Assembly: GCA_963822965.1 (NCBI GenBank)
Contig: CAWGJT010000010.1
Coordinates: 256,001-320,000 of the forward strand
DNA: 64,000 nt
Origin: an uncultured delta proteobacterium
GTDB taxonomy: Bacteria > Myxococcota_A > UBA9160 > UBA4427
Reading direction: 5' to 3'
The position numbers and the translations under genes are program-made. Position 1 is the stretch's first letter. Each line of letters starts with the position of its first letter. Shown piece after piece: positions 30,067-40,016 of this stretch. The notes under the pieces were generated by a model, which was given only the letters and a program-made list of their open reading frames with translations, did no database searches and was not told where the DNA came from.

Positions 30067-30822
30067 ATGGCCGGTCCGACCCCGTTCGCGACACCCGCTG
30101 CCGACGCACCCGACGAGCCCGCTTCCGCGCCCGGCGCCGTGATCGCCCCCGCGATCGCAATCGGCGCCCGGCTCGAGCTCTCCGAGGAGCTGCGGGTCGA
30201 GTGGCTGCGGCTGGCCGGCGCGTTGCGGGACGCCCTGCACGCGACGGTCGACCTGGATGCGCCACCGGGCCGCTTGCGCGAGCTGGCCGACCGGGCGGCG
30301 CAGCTCGCGACGGACCTCGCGGGCCACGCCGGCGGTCGCACGATCCCCTTGGCCTCCTGCCGGGCGGAGAGCCCGGCGGACGAGGCGCTGGGCGCGCTGC
30401 ATCCGTTCGGTGCGCTCTCGGGCAGCTACAACCCACTGGCCCCGCCCCTGGAGGTCGCTCTGGAGAACGGGCACCTCGCCGCGCGCGTGCGCCTGCGGGA
30501 GGCGTTCCAGGGCGCGCCGGGTCGGGTCCACGGCGGCGTGCTGGCCGCCCTCTTCGACGAGGTGCTCACCCTGGCGACGATCGCGCGCGGCGTCCCGGCC
30601 CGCGTGGAGCAGCTGTCCGTGCGGCACCACGCGCCCGCGACGGTCTCCGAGGAGCTGCGATTCGAGGCGCGTGTGGGTCGCATCCAGAAGCGCCGCGTGC
30701 AGGTCGTCGCGACGTGCACCGCGGGCCGGGTGACGATCGCCGAAGCGGAGGCCCGCTGCCTGCGTCCGGCGCCGGACGAGGGCTGGACGCGGCTGCATCC
30801 CGGGGCGTCCGGCCGCGGCTGA
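30067..30822 (+). CDS. PaaI-like hotdog thioesterase
   Basis: NPLAPPL, FQGAPGRVHGGVLAALFDEV. Confidence 0.8.
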   Translation: MAGPTPFATPAADAPDEPASAPGAVIAPAIAIGARLELSEELRVEWLRLAGALRDALHATVDLDAPPGRLRELADRAAQLATDLAGHAGGRTIPLASCRAESPADEALGALHPFGALSGSYNPLAPPLEVALENGHLAARVRLREAFQGAPGRVHGGVLAALFDEVLTLATIARGVPARVEQLSVRHHAPATVSEELRFEARVGRIQKRRVQVVATCTAGRVTIAEAEARCLRPAPDEGWTRLHPGASGRG

Positions 30823-30884
30823 ACGCCGCCGGACCCGGCGCCGGGGCCTTCGCGCCGGGCTCCCGGCGGGAGAGCCTCCCGAGG

Positions 30885-32042
30885 CTAGAGAGGCTCCTGG
30901 GCCACCACCCACATGGAGAAGAACTGCGAGCCGCCGCCGTAGGCGTGCCCGAGCGCCCGGCGGGCGTTCGGCACCTGGTGCTCACCGGCCTCGCCGCGCA
31001 CCTGGTTCGCCGCCTCCGCGAACCGCAGCATGCCGGACGCGCCGATCGGGTTCGAGGACAGCACGCCTCCCGACATGTTGACCGGCAGGTCGCCGTCGAG
31101 GGCGGTGGCGCCCTCGTAGGTCATGCGCCAGCCTTCGCCCTCCTTGGCGAAGCCCAGGCTCTCCATCCACATGGGCTCGAACCAGCTGAAGGGGACGTAG
31201 ATCTCGGCGCAGTCGATCTCCTCGCGCGGGTTCGTGATGCCCGTCTTCTTCCACAGCTCCGCGGCGGCGTCCCGGCTGGCCTGGGGATTCACCTGGTCGC
31301 GTCCCGCGAAGGACGTGGCCTCGGAGCGCATCGCGGTGGCCTGGATCCAGGCCGGTCGCTTCGGCGCCTTCGCGGTGTTCTTCTCGTCGGCGATCACCAT
31401 CGCGCACGCGCCGTCCGAGGACGGGCAGGTCTCGAGATAGCGGATCGGGTCCCACAGCATCGGCGAGTTGGCCACCTGGTCGAAGTCGATGTCCGGGAAC
31501 TTGAGGTGTGCGTAGGGATTCTTGAGCGCGTTCGTGCGGTCCTTCACCGCGACCCGGATCCCGACGTCGTCCGGCGCCTTGGAACGCATCATGTAGCCGC
31601 GGATCAGCGGCGCGAAGTAGCCGCCCGCGCCCGCCACGATGGCGGCCCGGAACGGGATCTTGATCGAGAGCGCCCACATGGCGTTCGATTCGGACTGCTT
31701 CTCGTAGGCGACGGTGAGCACGCGCCCGTGGACGCCGGCCTTCACGAGCTGCGACGCCACGATGGCCGTCGTCCCGCCGACGCTGCCGGCGGTGTGGACG
31801 CGGAACATGGGCTTGCCGACGCAGCCGAGCGCCTCCGCCAGGAAGAGCTCGGGCATCATCACGCCCTCGAACATGTCGGGGGCCTTGCCGATCACGACGG
31901 CGTCGATGTCGTGCCAGTCGCACCCGGCGTCCTCGAGGGCGCGGAGGGCGGCTTCGCGGATGAGCCCCACCTGGGAGACGTCGGTCCGCTTGGCGGTGTG
32001 GTGGGTCTGACCGACTCCGATCACGGCACATCGCTCGGGCAT
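30885..32042 (-). CDS. ltp3: Thiolase-like protein (Ltp3-like)
   Basis: GKAPDMFEGVMMPE, RVHTAGSVGG, ETCPSSDGA, EIYVPFSWFEPMW, GHAYGGGSQFF. Confidence 0.85.
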   Translation of the reverse strand: MPERCAVIGVGQTHHTAKRTDVSQVGLIREAALRALEDAGCDWHDIDAVVIGKAPDMFEGVMMPELFLAEALGCVGKPMFRVHTAGSVGGTTAIVASQLVKAGVHGRVLTVAYEKQSESNAMWALSIKIPFRAAIVAGAGGYFAPLIRGYMMRSKAPDDVGIRVAVKDRTNALKNPYAHLKFPDIDFDQVANSPMLWDPIRYLETCPSSDGACAMVIADEKNTAKAPKRPAWIQATAMRSEATSFAGRDQVNPQASRDAAAELWKKTGITNPREEIDCAEIYVPFSWFEPMWMESLGFAKEGEGWRMTYEGATALDGDLPVNMSGGVLSSNPIGASGMLRFAEAANQVRGEAGEHQVPNARRALGHAYGGGSQFFSMWVVAQEPL

Positions 32043-33097
32043 CACTCGGCCTCCAGTACGCACACGAGGTTCTGTTGCAGGCAGGGGCCCGACGTGGCGT
32101 GGGCGATGCCGCGCCCGGCCCGGCCCGCGGCGATGTAGCTCGCCGCTTCGCCGATGCGGGTCAGCCCGGCCGTCATCATGGGGTTCGCGGCCAGGGCCCC
32201 GCCCGAGGGGTTCAGGGTGACCTCGTCGCCGAGCCCGAGGGCCTCGCGCAGGATCACCTCCTGGTGGGTGAAGGGCGCGTGCAGCTCCGCGAACTCCACG
32301 GGCCCGTCGTGCGCACCTGCCTTCTCGCCGGCGAGCTTCGTGGAGGGGCTCACCGTGAGGTCGCGGCCGCCGAGCTGGTGCGGGTCCAGCCGGTGATCGA
32401 TTCCACGGATGAAGACCGGCTTCGAAGCGCCCCGACCGATCGCGTCCCCCGCCACGAGCACGGCCGCCGAGACGCCGTCCGAGATGGGCGGGCAATCGTG
32501 CTTGCGGAGAGGGGACACGAGGTAGGGGTCGGCCAGCAGCTTGTCCACCTCGAAGTCCCCGGTGACCTGGGCGTTGGGGTTGCTCTTCGCCTGGGCGCGA
32601 TTGCGGACGGCGATCTCGGCCATCTCTCGCTCGCTGGTGCGGCCGGCGTCGATCAGGGCGCGCGCCTGGAGGGCGGCCATGCTGATGGCGTCGACGCCCA
32701 GGGGCGCGAGCGTGTAGGGGTCGAGCTGGAGGTTCATGGTCTCCGGCAGGTTGCCCATGGATGCCCGCCCGAAGCCGAAGACCAGCGCCGAGTCGCACTC
32801 GCCGCACTGGATCTTCACCCACGCCTCGTAGAGCGCCCACGCCGAGTCCATCTCCACGTGGGACTCGGCGATGGGCGGCCAGGCGCCGAGCGCGTCGACG
32901 GCGCCGACGAAGGCGAAGGACTGGCCGGCCAGGTAGTCCGAGCTGCCGTGGCACGTGAAGCCGATCTCCCGCTTGGGGACGCCGGACTTCTCGATCGCCT
33001 CCCGCACCACGGGGATGATCATGTCCACCTCGCTCAGGCGGTTCTGGCTGCGCACGTACTTCGTCTGGGCGAAGGACGCGATGGCGACGTCGCGCAT
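32042..33097 (-). CDS. ltp4: Thiolase-like protein (Ltp4-like)
   Basis: GSSDYLAGQSFAF, ESHVEMD, ELHAPFTHQE, HATSGPCLQQNLV. Confidence 0.85.
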   Translation of the reverse strand: MRDVAIASFAQTKYVRSQNRLSEVDMIIPVVREAIEKSGVPKREIGFTCHGSSDYLAGQSFAFVGAVDALGAWPPIAESHVEMDSAWALYEAWVKIQCGECDSALVFGFGRASMGNLPETMNLQLDPYTLAPLGVDAISMAALQARALIDAGRTSEREMAEIAVRNRAQAKSNPNAQVTGDFEVDKLLADPYLVSPLRKHDCPPISDGVSAAVLVAGDAIGRGASKPVFIRGIDHRLDPHQLGGRDLTVSPSTKLAGEKAGAHDGPVEFAELHAPFTHQEVILREALGLGDEVTLNPSGGALAANPMMTAGLTRIGEAASYIAAGRAGRGIAHATSGPCLQQNLVCVLEAE

Positions 33098-33603
33098 CAG
33101 ATGTGCTCCTTGAACTTCTCGAAGGGGACGTCCGGCTCGCCGGTCGGCTTGAAGTAGCGGATGTTCTCCGCCGACGGACCCCATTCGGATTCGGGCTTCC
33201 AGACCGCCTGTACCCGCATGCCCATGCGGACGTCGTGGTAGTCGCACTCCTGGATCAGTCCGAAGAAGGGGATGTCCGCGCCGTCCAGCAGGATCTGCGC
33301 CGTGCAGTAGGGCAGCTCGAGATCGATGTTGTCGGAGGGCACCCGCACGATGCTGAAGGTGGTCACGGTCCCGCGGTCGCTCACCTCCGTCTCGCCCTCG
33401 GTGGCCACGCCGCAGCGGGCGCAGGCGCCGCTCGGCGGGACGTACACCTTGTGACACTGGGGGCAGGTCTGCCCGACGATGCGTCCCTTCTCGATGTTGC
33501 GCAGGTAGATCTGGACCGCGGGGCCGGGCGTGTAGGTGTAGGCGGTGCGCGTGGGGGTGACGATGCTCCTGACGGGCTCGTCGTTCGCTTGACTCGGGCT
33601 CAT
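33097..33603 (-). CDS. DUF35 Zn-ribbon/OB-fold protein
   Basis: CPQCHKVYVPP..ACARC, GTVTTF, LLDGADIPF, RMGMRVQAVW. Confidence 0.85.
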   Translation of the reverse strand: MSPSQANDEPVRSIVTPTRTAYTYTPGPAVQIYLRNIEKGRIVGQTCPQCHKVYVPPSGACARCGVATEGETEVSDRGTVTTFSIVRVPSDNIDLELPYCTAQILLDGADIPFFGLIQECDYHDVRMGMRVQAVWKPESEWGPSAENIRYFKPTGEPDVPFEKFKEHI

Positions 33604-34052
33604 GCCGTCTCCTCGGGAACGAAGCTCACGATGTCGCCGATGGCCCCGATCGTCTCGTCGGCCCACTTCGCGGTGACGCGCATGCCGGTCTTCATACCGG
33701 ACTCGGACCCGGCGTCGACCGCGTGAACCAGGGAGGTGTCGGCGCCGTCGAGCTGGATCAGGGCGAACGCGAAGGGGTGATCGAGCACGTGCCGCTCGCG
33801 CGGCGCACTCACCCAGGCCCAGCTCCGCACGGTTCCGCCCGGTCCGACCTCGACCCATTCGTCCGTGGTGGCCTCGCCGTTCTCGGGGTCGTACTCCGCC
33901 GGCGGGACGAGCACGCGTCCCGCCCGGGTGCGGACCGCCTCGATTCGGCGATCCCGCAGACCGGTGAAGAAGCGGCTCAACACCGAGCCGAGGGACCGGC
34001 GGTAGTCGTAGGCGAGGACGTGCGGAGCGGAGAGCAGCTCGGGCTCTGCCAT
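33600..34052 (-). CDS. DUF35 OB-fold protein lacking Zn-ribbon cysteines
   Basis: YRRSLGSVLSRFFTGL, VPPAEYDP, FAFALIQLDGADTSLVHAV, TGMRVTAKW. Confidence 0.85.
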   Translation of the reverse strand: MAEPELLSAPHVLAYDYRRSLGSVLSRFFTGLRDRRIEAVRTRAGRVLVPPAEYDPENGEATTDEWVEVGPGGTVRSWAWVSAPRERHVLDHPFAFALIQLDGADTSLVHAVDAGSESGMKTGMRVTAKWADETIGAIGDIVSFVPEETA

Positions 34053-34133
34053 TCGGGCCTCCGGGCGCATGGATCGGTGCTCCCACCCGGGCGGGAATCC
34101 GCAGGGGGGAGCTGGATCGTGGGCGGCCGAGAG

Positions 34134-34147
34134 TAGAACACGTTCTA
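34134..34147. promoter_or_regulatory. KstR-type operator box 5
   Basis: TAGAAC-AC-GTTCTA upstream of the DUF35-ltp4-ltp3 operon. Confidence 0.85.
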
Positions 34148-34329
34148 CAGGTGCAACAGCCGGCCCGGGTGCGCGCGACGACCGCCAGGGGCGCGGGGGC
34201 CGGCCCGGTGCCATCGAGAGGCGAGGGCCCGAAGTGCCGTCGTGGCGCTGCCATCGAGGGCGCGGAGACTCGAGGCACCTCGACCGGGATCCGAGGGAGG
34301 ATCGGCGGGGGAGGGGAGAGAGAGCCGCG

Positions 34330-34405
34330 TGGTGGAGCTGGCGGGAATCGAACCCGCGACCTCCTGAATGCCATTCAGGCACTCTCCCAACTGAGCTACA
34401 GCCCC
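34330..34405 (-). tRNA. tRNA-Ala (GGC)
   Basis: GGGGCTGTAGCTCAGTTGGGAGAG...CCTGA-ATGGCAT-TCAGG...GGTTCGATTCC...CTCCACCA, 76 nt. Confidence 0.97.
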
Positions 34406-34417
34406 ACGCGGCGGCGG

Positions 34418-34446
34418 AAGCTACCGCCGCCGGGAGGGTGTGTCAA
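34418..34446 (-). promoter_or_regulatory. Sigma70-type promoter of tRNA-Ala
   Basis: TTGACA - 17 nt - TAGCTT on the minus strand. Confidence 0.75.
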
Positions 34447-34518
34447 AGCGGGCTGACCGCCCCGGGGTGCTGCCCGGCGTTTCCTCCCGCGGGTGTCTGT
34501 TATGCTTCGCCGCCGCGC

Positions 34519-34605
34519 GCCGGAGTGGCGAAACTGGTATACGCAGGGGACTCAAAATCCCCCGGCCTCACGGCCGTGCGGGTTCGACTCCCGCCTCCGG
34601 CACCA
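34519..34605 (+). tRNA. tRNA-Leu (CAA)
   Basis: GCCGGAGTGGCGAAACTGGTATACGC, GGGGA-CTCAAAA-TCCCC, long variable arm, GGTTCGACTCC, 3' ACCA. Confidence 0.97.
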
Positions 34606-34796
34606 GCTCCATCGGTGCCCGCAAGGGGACGGGGAAGTCGGGAAACGAGGAACCCCGGCCCGCGGGCGGCCATCGAAGGGGGTCGCCTCCCGATGGGGCG
34701 GGCGCCCCCGAGCGCGGGTCGATGATCGAGTTTCGCGTCCCATGGCCGGGTCGCCCAGGAATCTGCAGGACGCAGGACATGAAGGAGATCTCCAAG

Positions 34797-35135
34797 ATGC
34801 GCCATCTCGCCTCCCGTATCGCCGTCGTCGCCGCCACTGCCGTGCTTGCCCTCGCACTCGTGCCGTCCATCGCTTCGGCGCAGATGCGCGAGTTCACGGG
34901 CCGGATCGACAAGATCAACAAGAAGCAGATGATCGTCGACAATCGCATGGGCGATAAGGTCAAGTTCATGTTCGCGAAGGGGGAGACCGTGGTCGAAGGC
35001 AAGAAGACCGACTGGGGCAAGCTCAAGACCAAGGACTGGGTGACGGTCTCCTGGAAGTTCGTGGACAAGCCGCGCAAGGCCTACAAGGTCCTCGTCTTCG
35101 ACAAGAAGGAAGACGAGGGCGAGGAGGTCGACTGA
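34797..35135 (+). CDS. Small secreted Lys-rich beta-strand protein
   Basis: AAGGAG RBS; signal peptide ending ASA-Q; alternating beta pattern. Confidence 0.7.
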   Translation: MRHLASRIAVVAATAVLALALVPSIASAQMREFTGRIDKINKKQMIVDNRMGDKVKFMFAKGETVVEGKKTDWGKLKTKDWVTVSWKFVDKPRKAYKVLVFDKKEDEGEEVD

Positions 35136-35192
35136 CGAATCCGCAGGATTCGTCTGCGCGCGGGCAGGCCGACCCATCCCGGGTCGGCCTGC
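35136..35192. repeat. REP-like double-hairpin element, copy 1
   Basis: cgaatccgcaggattcg + gcaggccgacccatcccgggtcggcctgc; near-identical copy at 59199. Confidence 0.8.
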
Positions 35193-35271
35193 GGCCCGGG
35201 GCGGCCCGGGAGCCCGCTGGGATCGCCCCCGGGCGGGGGCCTTCGCGGTGGGGCGAGGGGTCGGATAGGCT

Positions 35272-36660
35272 GTGGACGTGGCTCGCGATTCCACCTCTCC
35301 CTCCGCTTCCCCTGCGCGGCCGGTCTCCGAGGCGCGGCCTGTTTCTGAGGCGCGGCCTGCTTCTGAGGCGCGGCCTGCTTCTGAGGCGCGGCCTGCTTCT
35401 GAGGCGCGGCCGCTCTCCAAGGCGCCGCCTGCTTCGGAGGCGCGGCCGCTTTCCAAGGCGCCGCCTGCTTCGGAGGCGCGGCCGCTTTCCAAGGCGCCGT
35501 CTGCTTCTGAGGCGCCGCCGCTCCGCCCGGACCAGTTCGATCGGTATCGGCGGCATCTGAGCCTTCCGGACTTCGGCTTGGAGGGGCAGCAGAAGCTGCT
35601 CGGCTCCCGGGTCCTGCTGATCGGCGTGGGCGGGCTGGGCTGTCCCGTGGCCCTCTACCTCTCCGCGGCCGGCGTCGGCCATCTCGGTCTCGTGGACGAC
35701 GACGTCGTCGACGCCTCGAATCTGCAGCGCCAGGTGCTCTACTCGACGGCGGACGTCGGCCGGCCCAAGGTGGAGGTCGCCGGCGAGCGCATCCGCGCCC
35801 TCAACCCGGACGTGGACGTCGTGGGCCATCGCATCCGACTCGATTCCAGCAATGCCCTCGAGCTGTTCGCCTCCTACGACGTGGTCGTGGACGGGACCGA
35901 CAACTTCCCCACCCGCTACCTGTCGAACGACGCCTGCGTGCTGCTCGGCAAGCCGAACGTCTATGGCTCGATCTTCCGCTTCGAGGGCCAGGTGACGGTC
36001 TTCGATTCGCGCCACGGTCCCTGCTATCGCTGCTTGTACCCGTCGCCGCCCCCGCCCGGCGCGGCTCCGTCGTGCGAGGAGGGGGGCGTCCTGGGTGTGC
36101 TGCCGGGGATCATCGCCATGCTTCAGGCCACCGAGACCGTGAAGCTGCTGGCGGGCATCGGATCTTCGCTGGTGGGGCGCCTTCTGCTCTACGACGCGCT
36201 CCACCTCGAGTTCAACGAGTTCAGGCTCCGCAAGGATCCCAAGTGCCCGGTCTGCGGCGAGCACCCGACGGTGACGGAGCTCGTCGACTACGAGGGGTTC
36301 TGTGGCCTGCCGGCTCGCGAGGGCGAGGCCCCGACGGCGCGCTCCGTCTCGGCATTCGAGGTCGAGCGCCGGCGCGCGCGGGGCGAGGACCTCCTCCTGC
36401 TGGACGTGCGCAGCCCCGAAGAGTTCGAGCGGGCGCGCATCGAAGGCGCCACCCTGATTCCGGTGGGCGAGCTCGAGGGTCGGATCGAGGAGCTGTCCGC
36501 GTACCGGGATCGACCCGTCGTCGTCCACTGCCACCACGGGTCGCGCAGCCGCCGGGCCTGCGAGCTGCTGGGGGCCCGGGGCTTCTCGAAGGTGGAGGAC
36601 CTCGCGGGCGGCATCGAGGCGTGGTCGCTCACCGTCGACCCCGGCGTCCCGCGCTACTGA
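35272..36660 (+). CDS. moeB: Adenylyltransferase/sulfurtransferase MoeB/MoeZ (ThiF + rhodanese) with repetitive N-terminal extension
   Basis: RYRRHLSL, GVGGLG, SNLQRQ, DGTDNFPTRY, CYRC, CPVC, rhodanese CHHGSRS. Confidence 0.9.
   Translation: MDVARDSTSPSASPARPVSEARPVSEARPASEARPASEARPASEARPLSKAPPASEARPLSKAPPASEARPLSKAPSASEAPPLRPDQFDRYRRHLSLPDFGLEGQQKLLGSRVLLIGVGGLGCPVALYLSAAGVGHLGLVDDDVVDASNLQRQVLYSTADVGRPKVEVAGERIRALNPDVDVVGHRIRLDSSNALELFASYDVVVDGTDNFPTRYLSNDACVLLGKPNVYGSIFRFEGQVTVFDSRHGPCYRCLYPSPPPPGAAPSCEEGGVLGVLPGIIAMLQATETVKLLAGIGSSLVGRLLLYDALHLEFNEFRLRKDPKCPVCGEHPTVTELVDYEGFCGLPAREGEAPTARSVSAFEVERRRARGEDLLLLDVRSPEEFERARIEGATLIPVGELEGRIEELSAYRDRPVVVHCHHGSRSRRACELLGARGFSKVEDLAGGIEAWSLTVDPGVPRY
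35314..35520. repeat. 18-bp-based in-frame tandem repeat (SEARPA / SKAPPA)
   Basis: gcttctgaggcgcggcct-type units, later alternating as 36-bp dimers. Confidence 0.9.
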
Positions 36661-36708
36661 AACCCGAACGGCCGCCGGGGCGCGTCTCCGGAGCTGGAGC
36701 CTTCCGCC

Positions 36709-37053
36709 ATGGCAAAGAGCCGCATTCCCGATTCCCTCTCGCGCCGCCACCTGCTCGAACGCGACCTGCCCCCCAGCCAGGCGCTCGAGATCGCCGAGGC
36801 CTACCTCGAGGAGGACCGGATCCCCGAGTCGGTGTTTTTCCTGCGCAAGGCCGGAGCGGACGACCGACTGGAGGAGCTGGCCGCGCGCGCCATCGAGACG
36901 GGGGACGTCTTCCTGCTGACCGAGGTCTCGCGAGCCCGGCGCCAGGAGCCCGGGCCGGAGGTCTGGGAGCGCCTCGCCGAGGCGGCTGGGCGCCACGGCA
37001 AGCAGCTCTACGCCGAGGCGGCCATCCGACAGGCGCAGCGGGCCGAGGACTGA
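36709..37053 (+). CDS. Helical hypothetical protein
   Basis: GGAG RBS, genome-typical codons, fills the gap between moeB and uvrA. Confidence 0.65.
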   Translation: MAKSRIPDSLSRRHLLERDLPPSQALEIAEAYLEEDRIPESVFFLRKAGADDRLEELAARAIETGDVFLLTEVSRARRQEPGPEVWERLAEAAGRHGKQLYAEAAIRQAQRAED

Positions 37054-37085
37054 GCCGGCCGGCTGCCCCGTCGCGCGATCCGTCC

Positions 37086-39938
37086 ATGCCCCAGACCGAG
37101 ATCCGGATCGAGAACGCCCGCTCCCACAATCTCAAGGGGGTGAGCTGTCGCATCCCGCTGCGCCGACTCACCGTGGTGAGCGGCGTGTCCGGCTCGGGCA
37201 AGTCCAGCCTCGCCTTCCACACCCTCTACGCCGAGGGGCAGCGGCGCTACGTGAGCTCGCTGTCGACCTACGCGCGCCAGTTCCTGGAGCGCCTGGCGCG
37301 ACCCGAGGTGGACTCGATCTCGAACCTGCCTCCCGCCATCGCCATCGAGCAGCGCAACACGGTGTCGAACGCGCGCTCGACCGTGGGGACCGCGACCGAG
37401 ATCGTCGATCACCTGCGGATCCTGTTCGCGAAGATCGGCGAGACGCGCTGCCCGGACTGCGACCGGAAGGTCTCGCTCGGAACGGCCAGCCGCGTCGCGG
37501 AGACGCTGCTGGAGGCGCGGCCGGGGCACCGCGTCTCCCTGGGCGCCCCGCTGGAGGCGGCGCCGGAGCCGGACGCGCGCGGCCTGCGCGAGCGGCTGCT
37601 GCGGGACGGTCACACCCGGCTGCTCGACGCGGACGATCGGGTGCTCGACCTGGCGGATCTCGACGCCGCGGCCCTGGAGGGCGTTCGCGGCTCTGCGTTG
37701 GTGCTGGTCGACCGGCTGCGCGTCCCGGAAGCCGAGGGTCGCGAGGAAGGCCGCGCGCGCCTCGCGGAGGCGGCCGCGGCGGCCTTCGCCCTCGCCGACG
37801 GGCAGCTGGTGGTGGTCGACGCCACCCCGGCGCCGCCCTCGCGCACGGGATTCCGAGAGGGCTTCCGGTGCGACGGGTGCGGGCGGCGCTTCCCGACCCC
37901 GTCGCCGCCGCTCTTCTCGTTCAACTCGCCCCTCGGTGCGTGCGAGACCTGTCAGGGCTTCGGGCGGGTCGCCGGGATCGACTTCGACCGCGTGGTTCCC
38001 GACCCCGCGAAGAGCCTCGCGGACGGGGCCATCGCACCGTTCACCACGCGCATGGGGCGCCACCTGCAGCGCGACCTGGTGGCGGCCTGCCGCGAAGAGG
38101 GCGTTCCCACGGACGTGCCCTTCGCGGAGCTCGACCCCGCCCAGCGCGCCTTCGTCGTGGACGGGGACGAGGACCGCGGCGGCGAGTGGTACGGCGTGCG
38201 GGGCTTCTTCGAGTGGCTCGAGCGGCGACGCTACAAGGTGCAGGCGCGCAGCCTGATCGCGCGCTATCGCCGCTACGACCCGTGCCCCGACTGCGGCGGT
38301 GCGCGCCTGTGCGCCGACGCCCTGTGCGTGCGGGTGGCGGGACGTACCATCGCGCAGGTGTGCCGCGACACGATCGAGGAGCTGCGGGCGTGGCTCGCGG
38401 GCCTGTCCCTGACGCCCGGGCAGACACAGCGCGTGGGACGCCTCGTCGAGGGGCTTCGCGCTCGAGTGGAGACCGTCTACGCGGTGGGCCTCGACTACGT
38501 GAACCTGGACCGGCAGACGCGCACCCTGTCGGGCGGCGAGGCCCAGCGCATCCAGCTCGCCACGGCGCTCGGCGGCCGTCTCACCAGCTCGCTCTACGTG
38601 CTCGACGAGCCCTCCGTCGGGCTGCACGCGCGCGACGTCGAACGGCTCGTGCAGGTGCTGCTGGCGATCCGAGATCACGGCAACACCGTCGTCGTGGTCG
38701 AGCACGCGCCGGAGATCGTCTCCCGGGCGGATCACGTGATCGACCTCGGTCCCGGCGCGGGCCGCGCCGGCGGCTCCCTCGTCGTCGAGGGCAGCGTGGC
38801 CGAGGTGGCCGCGCACGAGGCTTCCTGGACGGGACGCGCCCTGCGAGGCGAGCTGCGCCTCCCGGCGCGGCGAGCCCCCCGCAAGGCTCTCGGCACGCTG
38901 CGCATCGTCGGCGCCCGGGAGCACAACCTGCAGGCGATCGACGTCGCGCTGCCGCTGGGTCAGCTGGTGGTCGTCAGCGGTGTGTCCGGCGCGGGCAAGT
39001 CGACCCTCGTCGAGCGCGTGCTCGTGGGCAACCTGCTGGCCCTGCGCGACGAGGGAGAGGCCGGGCAGCGGGGAGAGCCCGGCGCCTGCGACCGCATCGA
39101 GGGCGCCGGGGCGATCGAATCCGTGCTGGTGGTCGACCAGCGGCCGTCCTCGCGCAGCCCCCGATCGAACCCGGCCACGGTCTCGAAGGCCTTCGACGCC
39201 ATCCGCGCGCGCTTCGCGGCGACCCGCGAGGCGAAGGCGTTGGGGGTTCCTCCGGGCTGGTTCTCCTTCAACGTCGCGGGCGGACGTTGCGAGACCTGCG
39301 AGGGCGCCGGCGAGGTGGTGATCGACATGCAGTTCCTCGACGACCTGCGGGTTCCGTGCGAGGTGTGCGGCGGCAGCCGCTACCGGCGCGAGGTGCTGCA
39401 GGTGCACCTGGACGGGCGCTCCATCACGGACGTCCTCGCGCTCACCCTGGACGAGGCGATGGAGGTCTTCGCGGGCGATCGCCGCATCGCCGGACGGCTC
39501 GAGCCCTTCGTCCGCGTGGGCCTGGGCTACCTGCAGCTGGGCCAGTCGCTCGCCACCCTGTCCGGCGGCGAGCACCAGCGGGTGCGCCTGGCCCAGGCGT
39601 TGGTCCGGCCTGCGGGGGGCCGGCGTCCCGGCACCCGGCTGGTCGTCCTCGACGAGCCCACCACGGGGCTCCACCCGGCCGACGTGCGGGTGCTCATGGG
39701 CTGCCTCGAGGCGCTGATCGAGGAGGGCGACAGCGTCCTGGTCGTCGAGCACAACCTGGACGTCGTCCGCCGGGCCGACTTCGTGCTCGACCTGGGGCCC
39801 GGAGCGGGCCCGCACGGGGGGCGCGTGGTGGCCGCGGGGACCCCCGACGAGGTCGCGGCGACCCCCGGATCCGCGACGGGGGCCGCCCTGCGCGCCAGCG
39901 GGGCCCCGGCCGCCCCCGCGCCCCGGCCCGGGGCCTGA
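37086..39938 (+). CDS. uvrA: Excinuclease ABC subunit A
   Basis: [41 protein letters not shown], second Walker [10 protein letters not shown], Zn fingers. Confidence 0.92.
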   Translation: MPQTEIRIENARSHNLKGVSCRIPLRRLTVVSGVSGSGKSSLAFHTLYAEGQRRYVSSLSTYARQFLERLARPEVDSISNLPPAIAIEQRNTVSNARSTVGTATEIVDHLRILFAKIGETRCPDCDRKVSLGTASRVAETLLEARPGHRVSLGAPLEAAPEPDARGLRERLLRDGHTRLLDADDRVLDLADLDAAALEGVRGSALVLVDRLRVPEAEGREEGRARLAEAAAAAFALADGQLVVVDATPAPPSRTGFREGFRCDGCGRRFPTPSPPLFSFNSPLGACETCQGFGRVAGIDFDRVVPDPAKSLADGAIAPFTTRMGRHLQRDLVAACREEGVPTDVPFAELDPAQRAFVVDGDEDRGGEWYGVRGFFEWLERRRYKVQARSLIARYRRYDPCPDCGGARLCADALCVRVAGRTIAQVCRDTIEELRAWLAGLSLTPGQTQRVGRLVEGLRARVETVYAVGLDYVNLDRQTRTLSGGEAQRIQLATALGGRLTSSLYVLDEPSVGLHARDVERLVQVLLAIRDHGNTVVVVEHAPEIVSRADHVIDLGPGAGRAGGSLVVEGSVAEVAAHEASWTGRALRGELRLPARRAPRKALGTLRIVGAREHNLQAIDVALPLGQLVVVSGVSGAGKSTLVERVLVGNLLALRDEGEAGQRGEPGACDRIEGAGAIESVLVVDQRPSSRSPRSNPATVSKAFDAIRARFAATREAKALGVPPGWFSFNVAGGRCETCEGAGEVVIDMQFLDDLRVPCEVCGGSRYRREVLQVHLDGRSITDVLALTLDEAMEVFAGDRRIAGRLEPFVRVGLGYLQLGQSLATLSGGEHQRVRLAQALVRPAGGRRPGTRLVVLDEPTTGLHPADVRVLMGCLEALIEEGDSVLVVEHNLDVVRRADFVLDLGPGAGPHGGRVVAAGTPDEVAATPGSATGAALRASGAPAAPAPRPGA

Positions 39939-40016
39939 TCGGGCGCCTTCCGGCGCTCGAATCGAGCCTCGGGTTCTCTCAACCGGGAGACCGGATCCGC
40001 CGATATTGGCAGGGCC

